Source: an uncultured Gemmataceae bacterium
GTDB taxonomy: Bacteria > Planctomycetota > Planctomycetia > Gemmatales > Gemmataceae
Direction: 5' to 3'
Length of the DNA: 64,000 bases
Assembly (NCBI GenBank): GCA_963750165.1
Contig: CAVVPN010000003.1
Span: 1,440,001 to 1,504,000 of the forward strand
Positions 59,504-64,000 of this stretch are shown here, in pieces. The notes under the pieces were generated by a model. The model saw only the letters and a list, made by a program, of their open reading frames with translations, was not told the origin of the DNA and did not search any database. The translations under genes and the position numbers were made by a program. Each line of letters opens with the position of its first letter. Position 1 is the stretch's first letter.

Positions 59504-60163
59504 ATGGCTAACCAGCAGGGGACATCACATTACGAACACGGGGACCCGCGCAGCCCTAACGAGATGGGGCCGGATATCATCATCAGCCCGGACACCTTGC
59601 GCGATTGCCGCCTGCCACCGCTGCAATCGCAAGCGCGCACCTGGCCGGTGCTGCATTACTGGGGCGTGCCGGACGTGGACCTGAGCCGGTGGCGGTTGGA
59701 AGTGGTCGGCCTGGTCGCACAGCCGACCACGTTCACCTGGGAGGAGTTTCAGCAACTTCCCCGGGTGCAGGTGTTCGCCGATTTCCATTGCGTAACCCGC
59801 TGGTCCAAACTCGGCAACCTGTGGGAGGGCGTGTCAGTGCAGGAAGTGTTGCGCCGTGCCGGCAGGGTCAAACCGGAGGCGAGCTTCGTCATCGCCCACG
59901 GTTACGATGAGGGTTATACCACCAACCTCACCCTGGCCGATGTTCTTGCCGAGGATGTCTTGCTCGCGGATCGTCACGATGGCGAACCACTGACCGCCGA
60001 GCACGGCGGCCCGCTCCGGCTGGTCGTTCCCCGCCGTTACGCCTGGAAAAGTGCCAAATGGCTTCGGGCGTTGGAGGTCACTGCGGTGGACCAGCCCGGC
60101 ACCTGGGAGCAGGCCGGCTACCACCCCCGCGGCGATCCGTGGACGCAGGAACGCCATCGGTAA
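59504..60163 (+). CDS. Sulfite-oxidase-like molybdopterin oxidoreductase
   Basis: DFHCVTRWS, WEGV, EHGGPLRLVVP..YAWKSAKW, G.WE..GYH.RGDPW. Confidence 0.9.
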   Translation: MANQQGTSHYEHGDPRSPNEMGPDIIISPDTLRDCRLPPLQSQARTWPVLHYWGVPDVDLSRWRLEVVGLVAQPTTFTWEEFQQLPRVQVFADFHCVTRWSKLGNLWEGVSVQEVLRRAGRVKPEASFVIAHGYDEGYTTNLTLADVLAEDVLLADRHDGEPLTAEHGGPLRLVVPRRYAWKSAKWLRALEVTAVDQPGTWEQAGYHPRGDPWTQERHR

Positions 60164-60230
60164 CCGAACTGAAAAAGACCACCAACGCGGCGGCAGATGC
60201 CGAAGACCATCGGGCCATGACGCCGGCGGC

Positions 60231-62768
60231 TCAGCGGCGCCGCTGCGGCCGGCGCTCGGGCGCCGCCGCGGTCGGGTCTTCGGGCCAGGCGTGTTTGGGG
60301 TAGCGGGCGCGGAGATCCTTGCGCACCTGGGCATAGGTGTTGGCCCAGAAGCTGGCCAGGTCGTCAGTGATCTGCTGCGGCCGGTAGTTCGGCGCCAGCA
60401 AGTGCAGCAGCACCCGCACCCGCCCGTCGGCAATCCGCGGCGTCTCGGCCAGGCCGAACAGTTCCTGGATGCGCACCGCCAGCACCGGCGGCCGGCCGAC
60501 CTCGTACTGCAACTTGACGTGACTGCCGCTCGGCACCTCCAGCCGCTCCGGCGCCTCGCGCTCCACCGCCTGCCGCTGGGCATGCGTCAACTTGCCCTGC
60601 AGCGCCTCCAGCCAACCGGCGTTGCGCAGGTCCGCGAACGACCGGCAGCCCGACGCGAGCCACGGCAGCACCTCGCGCAGCTCGGCGTCGTCGAAGGCGG
60701 GCAGGTTCAACTCCGGCAGCCACTGTCGCAGACAGCGGACGCGCGTCAGGTACAACCCGGAGGCGGAGTCCGGCGGCGGCAGCACGCGGTCGAGGTAGGC
60801 AGCGGCCGCGGCGACCAGCACTTCCGCTACTGCCTCCGCGGACGGCGGCGCCGCCGGCGTCTCTTCCAGAATCAGGTCGTCGAAGCGCAGCCGCCGGAAC
60901 GCCGTCACGCGCTCCGCGTCGAGGTCGAAGTGGATCTCGACGCCAACGCGCACCTGCGCCGCCGGCAGCCAGTCGCGCCGCACCGCCGACGCCTGCCGCA
61001 CCAGCGTCTCCTTCTGGCCCGCGTCCACATCGACGCAGACGAACAACTCCGCCGCGTTCACACCGCTCGACGGCGCCAGCCGCACGCCGCGGCCGCCGAC
61101 CATGACGCCGCGCCGGCCGCCCGGCTCGCGCCGCCGAGCCACGCGATCCGGGAACGCCACCAGCAGCGCCCGTTGCACGGCCTCATCCGCCGGCACAGCG
61201 TCCGCGGGCTGCCGCCGCTGTCGGTGGAGCGACCGCAGCAGCTGATCGCGGGCGCGGAGCACGAAGCGCGCGGCGTGGCGGTTCAGCGTGCCCAGGTGGC
61301 TGGACGTGCGGCCGTCGCGCTCGAACGCCTCCAGCACGGCCACGCGGTCGAGCACGTCGGATTCGGTGGCGGCGGCCGGCCGCGACGACTCGGGGCCATC
61401 AAGGGCGCGGACGAACGGCGGCCGCTCTGCCAGCAGCGCCGCCGCCAGCGCCGCGCGCTCCGGATGCTCGAGGCGCTGGCCCTCGATCAGCAACCGGCCC
61501 AGGCGCGGCTGCACCGGCAGTCGGGCGAGCAGGCGCCCCAGGTCGGTCACGCGCCCGTCCGCGGCCAGCGCCCCGAGCCGCTCCAGCAGCCACAGCGCCC
61601 GTGTCACGGCACTGAACGCCGGCGGCTCCAGCCAGGGGAAAGCGCGGATGTCCGCCTCGCCCAGGCTGAGCAACTGCAGCGCCGCGCCGGTCAGATCGAC
61701 GCGGCGGATTTCCGGTTCCGTCTGTTCGCGGCGGGCGCGGTGATCCAGGACGCTCCACAGCCGCACGCAGACGCCGGGCTGCGTCCGCCCTGCCCGCCCT
61801 GCCCGCTGGTCCGCCGAGGCCCGCGAAATTGGCGTCAACTTCAGGCGGTCCAGGCCCACCGCCGGGTCGAAGACCAGCTCGCGCGCCAGCCCCGTATCGA
61901 CGACGCCGGTGACGCCCTCCACCGTGACAGACGTTTCCGCCACGTTCGTCGCCAGCACCACCTTGCGGCGCGGCTGCGGCAGCAGGGCCGCGTCCTGGTC
62001 CGCCGCCGCCAGTTCGCCGTGCAGCGGCAGCACCAACAGGTCGCGCGCCGTCGCCACGGCCTCCAGGTGGTGGGCGGTTTGCCGGATTTCCTGCAACCCG
62101 GGCAGAAAGACCAGCAGATCGCCGGGCGTGCGGTCCAGCGTGCGCTCGACGGCGCGGGCGGTCGCCAGCGGCCAGGGCTGCGATTCGGGACGCGGCTCGT
62201 GCATGATGTCCACGGGATGCAGCCGGCCCGTACTGTCAATGATGGGACAACCGCCCAGGTATCTGGCCACGGCCTTCACCGCCAACGTCGCCGACATGAC
62301 CACGACGCGCAGGTCCGGCCGCACCGTCTGCTGTAACAGGCGGACCATGCCGAGCGCCAGGTCGTTGTCCAGGCTGCGTTCGTGGAACTCGTCGAAGAGG
62401 ACGGCGCCGACGGATTCGAGGTAGGGGTTGCCGTGGAGTTGCTGCAGGAGGATGCCGGGCGTCATTGCGAGGATGCGCGTCTCGGGGCCGCACTGGCGGT
62501 CGAAGCGGACGTGGTAACCGACCTCGGCGCCGAGGCGGCCGTGGCGCTCGTCGGTCATGCGACGAGCGGCGGCGCGGGCGGCAAGGCGGCGCGGTTCCAG
62601 CAGGAGAATGATACCCGCCCCGGCCAGCCCCGCGTCGAGCAGGGCCGGCGGCACGCGCGTGGTTTTGCCGGCGCCGGTCGGCGCCCGCAGGACGGCGCAC
62701 GACTGCTGCCGCAGGGCGTCCACCAGGGCGGGCAGAACCGGGTCAATGGGCAGCGGCGTGCGCGTCAC
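60231..62768 (-). CDS. hrpB: ATP-dependent helicase HrpB
   Basis: GAGKTT, DEFHER, MSAT, ATNVAETS, QRAGRAGR, RYPKHAWP. Confidence 0.95.
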   Translation of the reverse strand: MTRTPLPIDPVLPALVDALRQQSCAVLRAPTGAGKTTRVPPALLDAGLAGAGIILLLEPRRLAARAAARRMTDERHGRLGAEVGYHVRFDRQCGPETRILAMTPGILLQQLHGNPYLESVGAVLFDEFHERSLDNDLALGMVRLLQQTVRPDLRVVVMSATLAVKAVARYLGGCPIIDSTGRLHPVDIMHEPRPESQPWPLATARAVERTLDRTPGDLLVFLPGLQEIRQTAHHLEAVATARDLLVLPLHGELAAADQDAALLPQPRRKVVLATNVAETSVTVEGVTGVVDTGLARELVFDPAVGLDRLKLTPISRASADQRAGRAGRTQPGVCVRLWSVLDHRARREQTEPEIRRVDLTGAALQLLSLGEADIRAFPWLEPPAFSAVTRALWLLERLGALAADGRVTDLGRLLARLPVQPRLGRLLIEGQRLEHPERAALAAALLAERPPFVRALDGPESSRPAAATESDVLDRVAVLEAFERDGRTSSHLGTLNRHAARFVLRARDQLLRSLHRQRRQPADAVPADEAVQRALLVAFPDRVARRREPGGRRGVMVGGRGVRLAPSSGVNAAELFVCVDVDAGQKETLVRQASAVRRDWLPAAQVRVGVEIHFDLDAERVTAFRRLRFDDLILEETPAAPPSAEAVAEVLVAAAAAYLDRVLPPPDSASGLYLTRVRCLRQWLPELNLPAFDDAELREVLPWLASGCRSFADLRNAGWLEALQGKLTHAQRQAVEREAPERLEVPSGSHVKLQYEVGRPPVLAVRIQELFGLAETPRIADGRVRVLLHLLAPNYRPQQITDDLASFWANTYAQVRKDLRARYPKHAWPEDPTAAAPERRPQRRR

Positions 62769-62776
62769 GGGGACTC

Positions 62777-62814
62777 TTTCTCCCCTCGCCCCCTGAAGGG
62801 GGCGCGGGGGGAAA
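62777..62814. repeat. CCCCTCGCCC-family hairpin (family E) between recA and hrpB
   Basis: TTTCTCCCCTCGCCCCC-tgaa-GGGGGCGCGGGGGGAAA. Confidence 0.6.
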
Positions 62815-62820
62815 CTGGGG

Positions 62821-63924
62821 TTACTCCGGCGCCGTCGCAGCCTGCCGGCCGCGCTTCGGCGCCGCCTCCTTCTCCGGCCTGGCCGGCGGCTCCGCGGCCT
62901 CGCCGTTGGCCTCCGGCGCTGGCGCCCCGCCGTTCAGCAGACCGCGCTTTTCCAGGATTTTTTTCGTGATCTCCTCCACGACCGCCGGGTTGTCGCGCAG
63001 GAATTGCTTGGCGTTTTCGCGGCTGTTGCCCAGGCGCAGCTCGCCGAAATAATGGTTGCCGCCGCTCTTCTGGATGATCTCCTCGTTGACGCCCAGTGTG
63101 AGCAGGTCGCCTTCACGGCTGATGCCCTTGTCGAACATCAGATCAAACTCGGCCACGCGGAACGGCGGCGCCACCTTGTTCTTGACCACGCGCACCCGCA
63201 CCTGCGAGCCGATCTTCTCCTCGCCGTCCTTCACGTCGGTGACGCGGCGGATGTCCAGGCGCACGCTGCTGTAGAACTTCAGCGCCAGGCCGCCCGAGGT
63301 CGTCTCCGGGTTGCCGAACATCACGCCGATCTTCTGGCGAATCTGATTGATGAAGACCATGCACGTCCGCGTTCGCGCGATGGTCGGGTTCAGGATGCGC
63401 AGCGCCTGGCTCATGAGCCGGGCCTGGATGCCGACGTGCGCGTCGCCGATCTCGCCCTCGACCTCCGCCCGCGGCACCAGCGCCGCCACCGAGTCAATGA
63501 CAATGATGTCCACCGCGTTCGACTTCACCAGCATTTCCGCGATCTTCAGCGCCTCTTCCGCGTTCGATGGCTGGCTGACCAGCAACCCCTCCAGGTCCAC
63601 GCCGATGCGCTTGGCCCAGCTGGGGTCGAGGGCGTGTTCGGCGTCGATGAAGGCCGCGACGCCGCCCTGCCGCTGGGCGTTGGCGACCGCGTGCAGCGCC
63701 ACCGTCGTCTTGCCGCTCGACTCCGGCCCGAAAATCTCACAGATGCGGCCGCGCGGCAGCCCCTTGCCGCCCAGCGCGATGTCAAGGCTCAGCGCCCCCG
63801 TTGAGATGCCCTGCACGTCCAGCGCCGTGCTGTTGTTCAGCTGCATGATGGCGCCCTTGCCGAACTGCTTCTCGATCGCCGACAGGGCGTTCTTCAACTC
63901 CCGATCCTGTGCCTGGTCCGCCAT
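62821..63924 (-). CDS. recA: Recombinase RecA
   Basis: [44 protein letters not shown]. Confidence 0.98.
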   Translation of the reverse strand: MADQAQDRELKNALSAIEKQFGKGAIMQLNNSTALDVQGISTGALSLDIALGGKGLPRGRICEIFGPESSGKTTVALHAVANAQRQGGVAAFIDAEHALDPSWAKRIGVDLEGLLVSQPSNAEEALKIAEMLVKSNAVDIIVIDSVAALVPRAEVEGEIGDAHVGIQARLMSQALRILNPTIARTRTCMVFINQIRQKIGVMFGNPETTSGGLALKFYSSVRLDIRRVTDVKDGEEKIGSQVRVRVVKNKVAPPFRVAEFDLMFDKGISREGDLLTLGVNEEIIQKSGGNHYFGELRLGNSRENAKQFLRDNPAVVEEITKKILEKRGLLNGGAPAPEANGEAAEPPARPEKEAAPKRGRQAATAPE

Positions 63925-64000
63925 GATTCCTCCGCGTGTGGAAAACAAATAGGCCCGGCCGTCTGCCGGTTGGTGATGTTGCAAGACTCGAAAGGTGGCC

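Noticed and set aside
1..64000. tRNA, rRNA, riboswitch or prophage genes
   Set aside because: None recognisable by eye; a covariance-model scan would be needed to exclude small RNAs

Overview
High-GC bacterial genomic DNA, almost certainly Planctomycetota (Gemmataceae-like). Diagnostic genes include DUF1559 prepilin-like, TIGR03000, TIGR02999 ECF sigma plus Ser/Thr kinase, and an LEERxxP-type planctomycete export motif. About 45 CDS are present. These include the housekeeping genes folC, hrpB and recA, signalling genes, and a compact terpene-cyclase/polyprenyl-synthase/chorismate-lyase-like/MFS/GT4/thioesterase run. Also present are an Rpn-family nuclease followed by an unannotated stand-alone copy of its C-terminal (RpnS-like) domain, a wHTH + P-loop ATPase pair, a diheme HzsA-like protein, and several decayed toxin-antitoxin-like pairs. 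An ISNCY-type IS lies between two attI-like sites just upstream of a gene carrying a recognisable attC, suggesting an integrase-less integron remnant. Intergenic spaces hold many distinct REP-like palindrome families, two of which also occur in frame inside protein-coding genes. About ten frameshifts in otherwise intact genes most likely reflect long-read assembly errors. All family assignments come from motif recognition by eye; no searches were run.
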